DNA of 30,488 nt from a virus (Duplodnaviria > Caudoviricetes), in the IMG/VR virus record IMGVR_UViG_3300036987_000016, positions 1 to 30,488 of that record; one strand, written 5' to 3'. Positions 19,484 to 28,111 of the stretch are shown here, one piece after another. The translations under genes were made by a program, and so were the position numbers. The notes under the pieces are model-generated. The model saw only the letters and a list, made by a program, of their open reading frames with translations, had not been told where the DNA came from and searched no databases. Each line of letters opens with the position of its first letter. Position 1 is the first letter of the stretch.

Positions 19484-20217
19484 CGTATAAACCGTATCTC
19501 TTGTCTTGTTATTTCAGTTTCGTCTATCGACCCGCTTTTGTTAGAATCATAATAAAACTGTGCCTTCGACATTTCAACATTATACTGCTCTAATATTTGC
19601 CGATACTTAAAATCCCATTCATCATTTTCAGCTTTACGGAAATCACCATACAATAACATTAGCGTCCGTAAACAAATCAAATCATCGTAAACGGTCTCAA
19701 CTAAAAACGCCTTCAAGGTTATTGACACTGCCGAGTTCTTTAAAAGCTTAAGCCGAACCCATTCATACTTAGACGTAACTATAACCGTGTAAACTTCAGT
19801 AGCATTTAATGTTATATCACTTCCGTCTATATCCACCCAGTTTGCATCATCACTCTCGGGTTCATCTACATTGTTATTACCTTGTAATGATACTGTCCAA
19901 GACGATGAACCGATTGATATTGCAGATACATCAACCACTAACCTTCTACGGTCCTTCATCGAGAACACATCTCCTGTATAATTAGCTGTTTTAGAAATCG
20001 AAACCAATACATCGTTATCGGTATAATCATAATTATTCAAGTCAAGCTGTTGCATACATAATCGTGTATCATATCCAGCTTTTTGAAAATCATTTAATAC
20101 CAAATCAAATGCTTTGTTTATTTGATTCTCGTATGTAGATTGACCGGGATACGTCTGAAGTTTAATGTTCGGAGCGTATGCCACGATGTCCGTATCTGTT
20201 ATATAATTTACTATCAT
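19480..20217 (-). CDS. Putative head-tail adaptor with inserted beta domain (start MIVNYITD at 20217)
   Basis: YITDTDI N-terminus typical of adaptors; ATG directly after the MuF stop. Confidence 0.6.
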   Translation of the reverse strand: MIVNYITDTDIVAYAPNIKLQTYPGQSTYENQINKAFDLVLNDFQKAGYDTRLCMQQLDLNNYDYTDNDVLVSISKTANYTGDVFSMKDRRRLVVDVSAISIGSSSWTVSLQGNNNVDEPESDDANWVDIDGSDITLNATEVYTVIVTSKYEWVRLKLLKNSAVSITLKAFLVETVYDDLICLRTLMLLYGDFRKAENDEWDFKYRQILEQYNVEMSKAQFYYDSNKSGSIDETEITRQEIRFIR

Positions 20218-20218
20218 A

Positions 20219-21550
20219 TTATTCAACCTTTGATAATGTGCATTTACAATTACTTGCAATTATTCCATTAATATTGTATATTCCACTAACAGTTTGAAAG
20301 GTATAAACATGAATCAAATCAGTATGTCGTCTTTCAGTAGTGGCAACTTTATCAATGAAAACCCTATTAGAAAGTTCCGTGCAACTCGTCATTTCTTGCC
20401 CAGCGAAAAAGTCGTTCGTCGGTTTAAGTTCGGTGAATCTATCCAAAGTATTGCACGATGTTTCAATTGTGCAAGAAGTGTTATCATTAGAATTCTTGCT
20501 ATGAATGGAATCAACAAACGTGGACGCTCCAATGCGGCGATGTTGAGAATGAAAAACCTTACTTTTGCCGAAAGAAGCAAGCTCACTTGTTCTGCCAACG
20601 TCGCTTTGCGGAACACTCTTTGTCCCGATTCCCAACTTATTAAAAAAGCTATTGCTTTCCAAGCGACTCTTTCGAGACAAGCTCCCGATGAAATTCTTTT
20701 TATCCCTATGCTCAAAAAATTCCGTATCGAGGTTATTCCACAATTCGCTCTTGGAAAGTATAATATTGACTTCGCCGTTCTCCCGTCCATCGCCATAGAA
20801 ATCTTCAGAAGCACCCACTCTCCTCAAGCAACACCCATTCAAAGAAAGAGAATCAAATACTTCCTTGACTGTGGTTGGGATGTAATTTATATCTGGATTT
20901 CCGATGTTGACCCCATTACCGAGAATGCAGCAAAGAATCTCATCCCCATTATTGAGGACTTTAAGCGGAATAAATCCGTTAGGCGTCAATATCGGGTGAT
21001 TCGGGGTTCCGGTGATTTTTTGCCCCCCCAACGTGGTAAGTGTGCAAAGTTCTCCGATATATTCTGACCGATATGCCTTTTGGATATTGCGGACATCGGC
21101 ATAATTTTCTGCAGTAAAACAATAATGTTCGCAATTGTTCTCTCCGTGTAACGACTGAAAACCCGGAACAGGAAATTCGTTTATAGACAACGCACCTCTC
21201 CCAGCTTGATATAAACAACTGTCACAATGTTCGGCAGTCGGCTCTAACACCCATTCATACAGACCTTTCGCGTCTGCTCCGTAGTTGTTACTGCTATATT
21301 GATATGTCGTGTTCAGAGTTTCGGATAATTCTTTTTTAAGCTGTGAGTTTAATGTTCCGAAAAGACCAGTCATATTCTTATATTGACCTTCAAGACGTTT
21401 TAAAGTCTCCTGCGGAGATATGCCAAGCTGTTTATCGATTAAAAACTGATTCCTTAAATCAGCATAAAACGTATCGTATAACGATAATGCTTTTTCGTTA
21501 AACACCTGAAACATCAATTTGTCAATATTTATTTCTACTGTTTTACCCAT
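20219..21550 (-). CDS. MuF/SPP1 gp7-like minor head protein, intein-containing precursor (152 aa after splicing)
   Basis: YEWV...HCDSC...PVPG...NCEHY|CKCTL reconstitutes the MuF-type Cys motif once residues 144-434 are removed. Confidence 0.8.
   Translation of the reverse strand: MGKTVEINIDKLMFQVFNEKALSLYDTFYADLRNQFLIDKQLGISPQETLKRLEGQYKNMTGLFGTLNSQLKKELSETLNTTYQYSSNNYGADAKGLYEWVLEPTAEHCDSCLYQAGRGALSINEFPVPGFQSLHGENNCEHYCFTAENYADVRNIQKAYRSEYIGELCTLTTLGGQKITGTPNHPILTPNGFIPLKVLNNGDEILCCILGNGVNIGNPDINYIPTTVKEVFDSLSLNGCCLRRVGASEDFYGDGRENGEVNIILSKSELWNNLDTEFFEHRDKKNFIGSLSRKSRLESNSFFNKLGIGTKSVPQSDVGRTSELASFGKSKVFHSQHRRIGASTFVDSIHSKNSNDNTSCTIETSCNTLDRFTELKPTNDFFAGQEMTSCTELSNRVFIDKVATTERRHTDLIHVYTFQTVSGIYNINGIIASNCKCTLSKVE
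20254..20282 (+). promoter_or_regulatory. Putative antisense promoter inside the intein, driving the endonuclease
   Basis: TTGCAA (20254-20259), 17 nt, TATATT (20277-20282); same -10 hexamer and spacing as the two other promoters called here. Confidence 0.55.
20309..21067 (+). CDS. HTH + Vsr/DUF559-like (very-short-patch-repair fold) putative homing endonuclease, antisense within the intein
   Basis: ESIQSIARCFNCARSVIIRIL HTH; DE...PQFALGKYNIDF...IAIEI...H...R...FLDCGWDVIYIW matches DUF559/Vsr; AAAGGT RBS before the ATG at 20309. Confidence 0.85.
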   Translation: MNQISMSSFSSGNFINENPIRKFRATRHFLPSEKVVRRFKFGESIQSIARCFNCARSVIIRILAMNGINKRGRSNAAMLRMKNLTFAERSKLTCSANVALRNTLCPDSQLIKKAIAFQATLSRQAPDEILFIPMLKKFRIEVIPQFALGKYNIDFAVLPSIAIEIFRSTHSPQATPIQRKRIKYFLDCGWDVIYIWISDVDPITENAAKNLIPIIEDFKRNKSVRRQYRVIRGSGDFLPPQRGKCAKFSDIF

Positions 21551-22119
21551 TACATACTAATGTTTAATTCATAAGCCACTTGTTTAAATCCTTGCTCGGC
21601 AAACATTTTACTAATCTCACCGCTTTGAAGTGATTCTCGAAACCTGTCAGCCGCCTGTTGATATGCCGGCATCTGTTTGGCTTCAGCAACATTGCGCGGG
21701 AAAATTACCGATGGTTCACCGTTATTGTATTCTGCTATTTTACTGTAAGTAATTGCCTTCTCACCAGCTCTAATCGGATACGGAGCAGTGTTGACATATA
21801 CCTCAACCCTGTCATTATGTGCTTTGTATCTAAATGCACCACGCCAGAATCGTTCTGTGAATAATAAACGAGTCATCGGAACGCTTGTCGGAGCTGACTT
21901 TCTAACCTTGCCAGTTCGGGCTACAATACCTTTATTACCAATGCGTGCCATCTTGCCCTGCGCACCAATTTTAGAAGCTCGCGCGCGCGCCGTAGATGCT
22001 TTAATCGGTGGAAACTTACTGCCATCAACACCCTTCTGGTCAACCTTGACATTTCTCTCAAGCTCGCGCTGGAAGGTTTGCCCAACTGCATTGTATAATG
22101 TTTTAAGATTTAACGACAT
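21550..22119 (-). CDS. Virion morphogenesis / neck protein (P2 gpS, Mu gpG-like)
   Basis: DGSKFPPIKAST..AR...RLLFT...IAEYNN pattern; basic. Confidence 0.65.
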   Translation of the reverse strand: MSLNLKTLYNAVGQTFQRELERNVKVDQKGVDGSKFPPIKASTARARASKIGAQGKMARIGNKGIVARTGKVRKSAPTSVPMTRLLFTERFWRGAFRYKAHNDRVEVYVNTAPYPIRAGEKAITYSKIAEYNNGEPSVIFPRNVAEAKQMPAYQQAADRFRESLQSGEISKMFAEQGFKQVAYELNISM

Positions 22120-22339
22120 CTACGTCTTTCTTTAAAAACTCATCACCGATTTTACGCGTCTCTTTAAACGCTTCAACAAGTTCTTTCGCAAGCATCTGAA
22201 TGAAACCACGTTTATTATTTTTCATAATGTTTTCGGGCTTTAGTATTTTTTTAATAACCAAAGCAATAGTTTCTTCATAATCCTTTACGATTTTAACCTG
22301 CGCTTCAATAGCTGTTTCGTGTTGTTCTGAAGTTATCAC
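22103..22339 (-). CDS. Hypothetical helical protein
   Basis: Coupled ORF in the structural operon. Confidence 0.6.
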   Translation of the reverse strand: MITSEQHETAIEAQVKIVKDYEETIALVIKKILKPENIMKNNKRGFIQMLAKELVEAFKETRKIGDEFLKKDVDVVKS

Positions 22340-22749
22340 GGTCTAAATCTACGCTCGATTATTATAACCACGTTTGAAGAATCAAGTGGAGTTGGTAATG
22401 TAAACCTAACCTTTTTCGGCTTCGGGTCTAAAATCTTATACATTTTACCTGCTGTGGTCGCAACAATAAATGTTACATTTGAACCACTTGCTAAATCCTG
22501 CAAACCCTGTTGGGCATATAAAGTATCGGCTTGCTTAACCCAAAATAAAACACTATCCGTTGCGGTTGATTGAGTATAAATTACATAATCATTTATAAGT
22601 GTAGTCCCACCGAGTGCAACATCTACCGTGTCCGTTGATGGAGTTTTCAAAACAAAATTTACATATCCTGTGTTCCCCATCGTTAAGGATAAATCCTGAC
22701 TATAAGAAATCACAGAGATAAAAACCAATAAACTAAGTAATTTTTTCAT
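22336..22749 (-). CDS. Small beta-rich protein with Sec-type signal peptide
   Basis: MKKLLSLLVFISVISYS|QDL. Confidence 0.65.
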   Translation of the reverse strand: MKKLLSLLVFISVISYSQDLSLTMGNTGYVNFVLKTPSTDTVDVALGGTTLINDYVIYTQSTATDSVLFWVKQADTLYAQQGLQDLASGSNVTFIVATTAGKMYKILDPKPKKVRFTLPTPLDSSNVVIIIERRFRP

Positions 22750-22939
22750 CTTTTTTCTTTCTTGCTTTTTTTTCTTTTATCGGAACAACCGGTTCAACCG
22801 GGACTTCAACCGGTTCAGCCTGCGCTTCTGCTATCAATCGGCTTTTTAAAGCCCGTCTCGCATATACACATCTCTTCTCGTGAAGTGCTGCCCGAATCGG
22901 TCTGATTCGTTCCTTACAATATTTACATTTTATAAGCAT
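22733..22939 (-). CDS. Small basic protein with C2HC zinc-finger-like motif (start MLIKCKYC)
   Basis: CKYC...HEKRC; AAAGGAAA RBS before the ATG at 22939. Confidence 0.6.
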   Translation of the reverse strand: MLIKCKYCKERIRPIRAALHEKRCVYARRALKSRLIAEAQAEPVEVPVEPVVPIKEKKARKKKDEKIT

Positions 22940-22998
22940 AGTTTTCCTTTCGGGAGTGATAAGCATTACTGCGAACCACTCCCTATTAAGATTTTGAT

Positions 22999-23358
22999 TT
23001 ACGGAATTATCAGCGCTTCAACGAATCCAGTATTTGAAGTGCCGAAAGTTATATTAACTGTTCCTGCTCCAGCCGCACCAGTTTTAAAGCGTGAGCTGGT
23101 TATCGGAACATAATATACTCCGTTCTGTGCGGTTACAACAACTAAATTGCCTACACCTGCCGCGAGAAAATCACCTGCCGCGATAGTAATGGTATTAGCT
23201 CCGGCATAAGTCGAATTTAATACCAATACGAGCTTACCGTGTTGTGGATAAGCTACGTCAAGTGTTGTCGCATCGGTAAAAGCTGTCCCAGAAGCTATTG
23301 GATAGGTTGAGGGAGTCGTTGTATCTGCTGTTAATGTTCTTGCTGTTAATGTTGCCAT
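22999..23358 (-). CDS. Capsid decoration/cement-like protein
   Basis: Thr/Ala/Gly-rich beta protein downstream of the MCP. Confidence 0.6.
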   Translation of the reverse strand: MATLTARTLTADTTTPSTYPIASGTAFTDATTLDVAYPQHGKLVLVLNSTYAGANTITIAAGDFLAAGVGNLVVVTAQNGVYYVPITSSRFKTGAAGAGTVNITFGTSNTGFVEALIIP

Positions 23359-23376
23359 GTTTATTTTCCTTTTATT

Positions 23377-23928
23377 TTATGCTGCCGCCACAACTACACT
23401 GCTGGGTGACAACGGTTTGTAAATTATATACCATTTTATTACACCAGTTCTTGCAGCGCTCGAACCTAAGCTAACAGTTCCTATTGGTAATAGAAACTCC
23501 GCACAATCAAAAGTAGCGGTCGAAGGTATAAGCCAATGACCACCACCTGTTACGGGAGTTAGTGCAGGAACTGTCCCTGCAGCTACACCTGTGAAGCTGT
23601 AAGTCGTTCCAGCTGCATCGTCATTGAGAGCAACGGCTGTTGATAATGCTATCTTTGCGGCGGGAGTTGTTGTCGTTATCTGCAAAGTTCCGTTCGTGTT
23701 CCCAACTATGGTAGTAGTTACGACCCCGAATATTTTAGCTAAAACGGGACCGCCTGTGATTGTAAATAAATCATCGTCACCTGTTAATAACGCACCGTCA
23801 GACTTTTCAACGCATTTCTCGGCGGCTGCAAAATATGCAGTCTGTGCAACGATTATAGCGTCTGTGTCCGTGCTGGCGTTATTTATCGCATTAACGTATG
23901 CTGCGGGTAATTTTCGGTTGATAGCCAT
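23377..23928 (-). CDS. Capsid-associated structural protein
   Basis: Ala/Thr-rich, jelly-roll-like; directly follows the MCP. Confidence 0.55.
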   Translation of the reverse strand: MAINRKLPAAYVNAINNASTDTDAIIVAQTAYFAAAEKCVEKSDGALLTGDDDLFTITGGPVLAKIFGVVTTTIVGNTNGTLQITTTTPAAKIALSTAVALNDDAAGTTYSFTGVAAGTVPALTPVTGGGHWLIPSTATFDCAEFLLPIGTVSLGSSAARTGVIKWYIIYKPLSPSSVVVAAA

Positions 23929-23929
23929 G

Positions 23930-24781
23930 TTATGCCTCCGCCGTCTTATCCGTGTAAATACATAAGGCTTTGTCCGGTCGAATTATTTTAGCACCGAATA
24001 CATATAAACCTTTAATTGCATCGGTGAATCCAGCTTCTGGTCTATAGGCTTCGATTGTGTTAATAACACCGGCAAATCCAAATGTTTCACCACGCAAACC
24101 GCAAAGTATTCTGGTGTTTGCTCCAGTCGAAGGCGTTCCGATAGAAACGTTATTGCTCATCAGGATATCCCAGCCGAGAACTTTGTCGATTAAACCGTTC
24201 TGATACATCGCGTCATTAGAGGTCTTGGTTGTTAATCCAGCAAGGATTAATTTTGTTTTGAACCAAGGTGGGACTATCATAAATCGTCCCGGAAGCTGCC
24301 AGTTTGCAACATCTGCTTTTTCAGATGCAGCCAAAATGACATCTTCAACATTAAGACTGGTTACATCCCAGTTAGTCGTTCCGGTGGAGTAAGAAGTCAA
24401 TCCAGCCCCAGCATAAAGACCGAGTAAAGTTGAATCAGCTTTGTCCGCAAAACCATAAGCGGCTTTGTCAGTCTGTGCTGTCATTAACGCGGGTTTCGCT
24501 TGGTTTGCATCAACGTCTTGAACTTTAAACGCAAACGAATATGCTTGGTCTGCGATTAATTCAAGAGCCGCATCGTCTAAGTCTTCAGGAGTGATTGTAG
24601 ATGCACGAGTAAATGCGGTAATTGTTGGGTCAGATACCTGTAGAATACGAACCTTATCGCCCATATTAACCATTTGACCTTCGTATTGTGTATTTGCAAC
24701 CGAACCAGCTACCAATGCTTTACGCAATGATTCCTCGATTTTGGCTGCCCATACTGTTCTTATAAAATTTTGCATTGACAT
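23930..24781 (-). CDS. Major capsid protein (HK97 fold, P22-coat-like family)
   Basis: NFIRTVWA...YEG...GDKVRI...GRFMIVPP...LGWDILMSNN...DAIKGLYVFGAKIIRP. Confidence 0.9.
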   Translation of the reverse strand: MSMQNFIRTVWAAKIEESLRKALVAGSVANTQYEGQMVNMGDKVRILQVSDPTITAFTRASTITPEDLDDAALELIADQAYSFAFKVQDVDANQAKPALMTAQTDKAAYGFADKADSTLLGLYAGAGLTSYSTGTTNWDVTSLNVEDVILAASEKADVANWQLPGRFMIVPPWFKTKLILAGLTTKTSNDAMYQNGLIDKVLGWDILMSNNVSIGTPSTGANTRILCGLRGETFGFAGVINTIEAYRPEAGFTDAIKGLYVFGAKIIRPDKALCIYTDKTAEA

Positions 24782-24798
24782 AATAAATTCCTTTTATT

Positions 24799-25365
24799 TT
24801 ATTTCCATGTCACCATGGATTTGTTAATCTTTTCAAGATTTTCGTTTACTTCAGCTTGAGTCATCTTTGAAACCTGCTCGCGCGTGAAAGTGTCAGGAGG
24901 TGGAGGTGGATGTTTACCTGTATCAATACCAACTTTCTGGATAGTGACACCCGGCAACTTACCCAAAGATTCTAAACTAAAAGATTCGTATTCGGGCAAC
25001 CAATTATCTTTTAACTGTTTCTTAGCTTCCACTAAAGCAGCTACACGATAACTACGGTATAAATCGGCTTCCTTCTTTTCTGCCTCAAACTTTGCCTCAA
25101 GCTCTACAAAAGCTTTCTTCTCAGCTTCTAAAAGTTTATCCAATTCACCGGCTTTGCGTGCCTTATCTTCTTCTTCTAATTTTTTAACCTTCTCAATCTC
25201 TGCTAACCTGGTTTCAAGTTCCTTCTTCAGTTTCAACTCATCGTTAAACCTGCTCTTCGGAACAAACTCACCCTTCTCCTCAGCTTCTTTCAGTTTTAGC
25301 GCCACTGCGGCGAACTTCGGGTCAGAGTTTAATAAAGTAATCTCTTCTTGTGTTAATGTGAACAT
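24799..25365 (-). CDS. Capsid scaffolding protein
   Basis: VPKSRFND motif, Glu/Lys coiled coil, C-terminal FTREQVSKMT; directly upstream of the MCP. Confidence 0.8.
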   Translation of the reverse strand: MFTLTQEEITLLNSDPKFAAVALKLKEAEEKGEFVPKSRFNDELKLKKELETRLAEIEKVKKLEEEDKARKAGELDKLLEAEKKAFVELEAKFEAEKKEADLYRSYRVAALVEAKKQLKDNWLPEYESFSLESLGKLPGVTIQKVGIDTGKHPPPPPDTFTREQVSKMTQAEVNENLEKINKSMVTWK

Positions 25366-25380
25366 TTTATAATCCTTTCA

Positions 25381-26814
25381 TCATATCTGGTTTAACGTCA
25401 TAGCGGACGATGATTCTTGATTATTGTTATTTGTGAAAAATCCAAACTCATCTTTTAATTTCTGTCTCATCTCTAAATTTCGCTGTATGATTTTCATAGC
25501 ATCTGCCTCGTCTTTAGCTTCACCACTTGCTATTAAATCGTCTATCGGATTCCATAAACCTAAATCGTATTTCAACTTCTTAACCTCTAATTCAACTTTC
25601 GGGTCTTGTGGAAATTCGTAATTCTCAAAATATACATTCAATGTCGAACTATCAGAGAACTTCTCTAAACCTTCTACGGCAGCAACCTTCTTAACCACTT
25701 CAAACAATCGTTGCTCAAATTCAACCAATACGCCTACGTCTTCCCATCTCTTCTCGATTATATCCCAGTTATCAATTAATTTCGCATACCCAGAAGCGGT
25801 CTGACTTTGCCCAGCTTCGACTGTTTGATTCAAGCCATACATCTTCATTACTCGGTTAATAATCCAATCAACAGAATCCTGTATCTCTTTTACCTTTCCG
25901 TTCGATTCCAATAATGATGCCGATGCCGCTTGGTCAGGGTTGTCCCGCTTTAAATCAATCGGGTATCTCGGTCCTGTCTTGATATTTCCTTTCATGTTTG
26001 CGTTCTCGAATACTAATTGACCGTGTCCCTGCATCACAAGCACGTCAATCAATAACACCAATAATACAGCTATCTTCTCTTCGGCATTTAATAAAACAGT
26101 TTCACCCTCACCCCAAAAGTTTTCTGTATCTCTAAATCGTAACGGAACGAACGGCAATACACCGTAAGGGTTAATGCCTTTATCGTTGTTATCTAATGCA
26201 CTTGTGATGTGTTCTCCTTTATCATCGGTGATAAAATGCTGACTGTCCGACCAATAAACCGTATAAACCACCGACTTGCCAGCATCATTAAGCGTTTGAT
26301 ATTCATATCTAATTACATCAGCTTGTAAATAATTGTCTTTTTTTGGCACAACCGATACTCGATTAGGCGTCCATATTTCAAATTCAAGGCGACCATTTCT
26401 AACTATCGGCTGAACCAAAACCGTATGGAATAACTTGGCTAATTTATACCATTCTTTTTGTTTTAATTCGATATTCGAGCTCTCGTATAACTCCTGTAAT
26501 TTTACATTCTCCGATTCAACCTCAAGCTCACGGACTACATCACCCTGATAAACCATACATATTTTATCAATTATCGTCCGCATTACAGGTAAATACAACA
26601 ACTGAAATACCGCTATGTCATCACTTGTAAATGTCCGTCCGAGCGCTGTGTTCAAATATCTCTCAATATCCGATGCGTTACCGTTGTAAAAGTCCCACAT
26701 CTTTTGCGCTAATTGTAACCGCACGCTTTCGTTTGCGCTCTCAAAATTTAAGTTAATCGTTGCAGGTAAAAGACTGAAATAGCTGGCTAATTTCTGTATG
26801 ATTCCGTTATCCAT
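25381..26814 (-). CDS. Portal protein (SPP1 gp6-like); start probably MDNGIIQ at 26814
   Basis: DFYNG...NPYGVLPFV...ASGYA...FEQRLF motifs; follows terL. Confidence 0.9.
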   Translation of the reverse strand: MDNGIIQKLASYFSLLPATINLNFESANESVRLQLAQKMWDFYNGNASDIERYLNTALGRTFTSDDIAVFQLLYLPVMRTIIDKICMVYQGDVVRELEVESENVKLQELYESSNIELKQKEWYKLAKLFHTVLVQPIVRNGRLEFEIWTPNRVSVVPKKDNYLQADVIRYEYQTLNDAGKSVVYTVYWSDSQHFITDDKGEHITSALDNNDKGINPYGVLPFVPLRFRDTENFWGEGETVLLNAEEKIAVLLVLLIDVLVMQGHGQLVFENANMKGNIKTGPRYPIDLKRDNPDQAASASLLESNGKVKEIQDSVDWIINRVMKMYGLNQTVEAGQSQTASGYAKLIDNWDIIEKRWEDVGVLVEFEQRLFEVVKKVAAVEGLEKFSDSSTLNVYFENYEFPQDPKVELEVKKLKYDLGLWNPIDDLIASGEAKDEADAMKIIQRNLEMRQKLKDEFGFFTNNNNQESSSAMTLNQI

Positions 26815-28111
26815 TCCCGAACCTCGTATATTCTCTTGACTTAACTGGATGTAAAAATGTGATTTTATAACCGACTGCATCGCTTGCGTGTGTTCTTTCC
26901 CCAGCGCTTTCCTTTGAACTTGTCAGCATTTCCATATCTACTCTCTCAAGGTCTTTCATTAATTCAATACAACTTTTTGAATGTCCAAAATGTTTTTTGC
27001 CATCTGCACTCCGCAATCGGGAATTGAAGGCGTTGACTCTATCCAATATGCGTGGATTACTTCTAAGTTTAAACTCACTGTTCCATCCTGCAAATTGGTC
27101 ACGTATGATTTGCCAACTACTCGCAATAGCTGAAACGTCTCTGGATTTTGAACTGGTATAGTCGCCGTAAAATATGAGCTTATGACTTCGGGCTTTTTCT
27201 CCGAGCTTACCTGTGAGTTTATCTTTGAGTCCTGAACACATTTTCCATATATCGGTCTGTTTCTGAACCAACTCATCAAATTCGTATGTAAGCTCTTCAG
27301 TATCCTGCCCAAGCTCCCAAATACAAGGAGTGATGTTGAAATCACAAGAAACGGAAATAGGTAAAGCAGGATTAAAGGGCTGCTCAAAGCAATGAGCGTC
27401 TTTATCATAATATACATAAGCCCGTCCTTCATAGCTTACAAACTTCCCTTCGTATTCTTGTTGATAAGTCCGGGTGTCCATAAGTGCATAGTCTTTTGCA
27501 ACCTCAAGCGGGTCCATAACATCACTTGAGTCCCAGCAGTAGTCTTTCCATTCAGGGTCGGTTTTCCCACGTTCGCATAATTCTTGGTAGAAATTCTTGC
27601 CATACGGTCGCCCCTCAAACATAGCCCAGCCGTGAGTATCTCTAAGTATCGGCATAATCGAATTATCAATGATTTGAGGCTTGCAATGAGGTGTTTCAGT
27701 AATAAGACAACCCTTTCTTCGTTTACCTTCGATGCGTGTCGGTTCGTCAAGCCCATATAAGCTGATTTCAGAGCCGTTTTTAAACCATATCGTAAGCTCC
27801 GTTTCAGAAGGTTTGCCGCGTAAAAATATTTTAGGTGCAAGCTCTTTAAGGTCATTCCAAAGTATATCCTTGCACTGTGAACGTGTTGGAGCACCTGCAA
27901 AGAACGATTCATTAGGCGTTTGAATAGCTGCCACAATAAGCGTTCGTTTGCCGATTTCAGTCTTATAGCTACGCCGTCCTGCATGACAGGTTTTAAAGCG
28001 TATGTTATCATTCCTGAATTTGGTTATTATCGGATGGGATTCTACCCGCACCGGCAACTTGAACCAACGCTTTCCCAAATAGGGTTGCAAGGTCGTTAAA
28101 TTTATTTCCAT
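26807..28111 (-). CDS. terL: Terminase large subunit
   Basis: AGRRSYKT Walker A-like, APTRSQ, GRPYGKNFY, YQQEYEGKF, CDFN nuclease Asp, HASDAVGY. Confidence 0.95.
   Translation of the reverse strand: MEINLTTLQPYLGKRWFKLPVRVESHPIITKFRNDNIRFKTCHAGRRSYKTEIGKRTLIVAAIQTPNESFFAGAPTRSQCKDILWNDLKELAPKIFLRGKPSETELTIWFKNGSEISLYGLDEPTRIEGKRRKGCLITETPHCKPQIIDNSIMPILRDTHGWAMFEGRPYGKNFYQELCERGKTDPEWKDYCWDSSDVMDPLEVAKDYALMDTRTYQQEYEGKFVSYEGRAYVYYDKDAHCFEQPFNPALPISVSCDFNITPCIWELGQDTEELTYEFDELVQKQTDIWKMCSGLKDKLTGKLGEKARSHKLIFYGDYTSSKSRDVSAIASSWQIIRDQFAGWNSEFKLRSNPRILDRVNAFNSRLRSADGKKHFGHSKSCIELMKDLERVDMEMLTSSKESAGERTHASDAVGYKITFLHPVKSREYTRFGNG

Larger units (their letters stand above)
20249..21121 (-). mobile_element. 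Intein, 291 aa
   Basis: N-terminal Cys (CFTAEN), block B TPNHPIL, block F HVYTFQT, block G GIIASN followed by +1 Cys. Confidence 0.9.

Noticed and set aside
20389-20814. Third overlapping ORF (141 aa, minus strand) within the intein
   Set aside because: No motifs or RBS; likely a by-product of the doubly constrained sequence.
22786-22822. Short repeated CCGGTTCA/ACC motifs resembling the pentamer tract
   Set aside because: Explained by coding EPVEVPVEPVV; no sustained 5-nt phase.
27146-27169. Partial gapped match of NN units 5-12 to terL codons (TAC GGC GAC TAT ACC AGT TCA AAA; 13/16 nt)
   Set aside because: Only 16 of 34 positions match over the whole tract, and a local match this good is expected by chance in 61 kb of both-strand sequence.
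26959-28011. Two long +1-frame ORFs (191 and 157 aa) inside terL, the first starting at the terS stop
   Set aside because: No recognisable motifs, composition typical of frame shadows, and similar same-strand shadow ORFs occur elsewhere in the window.
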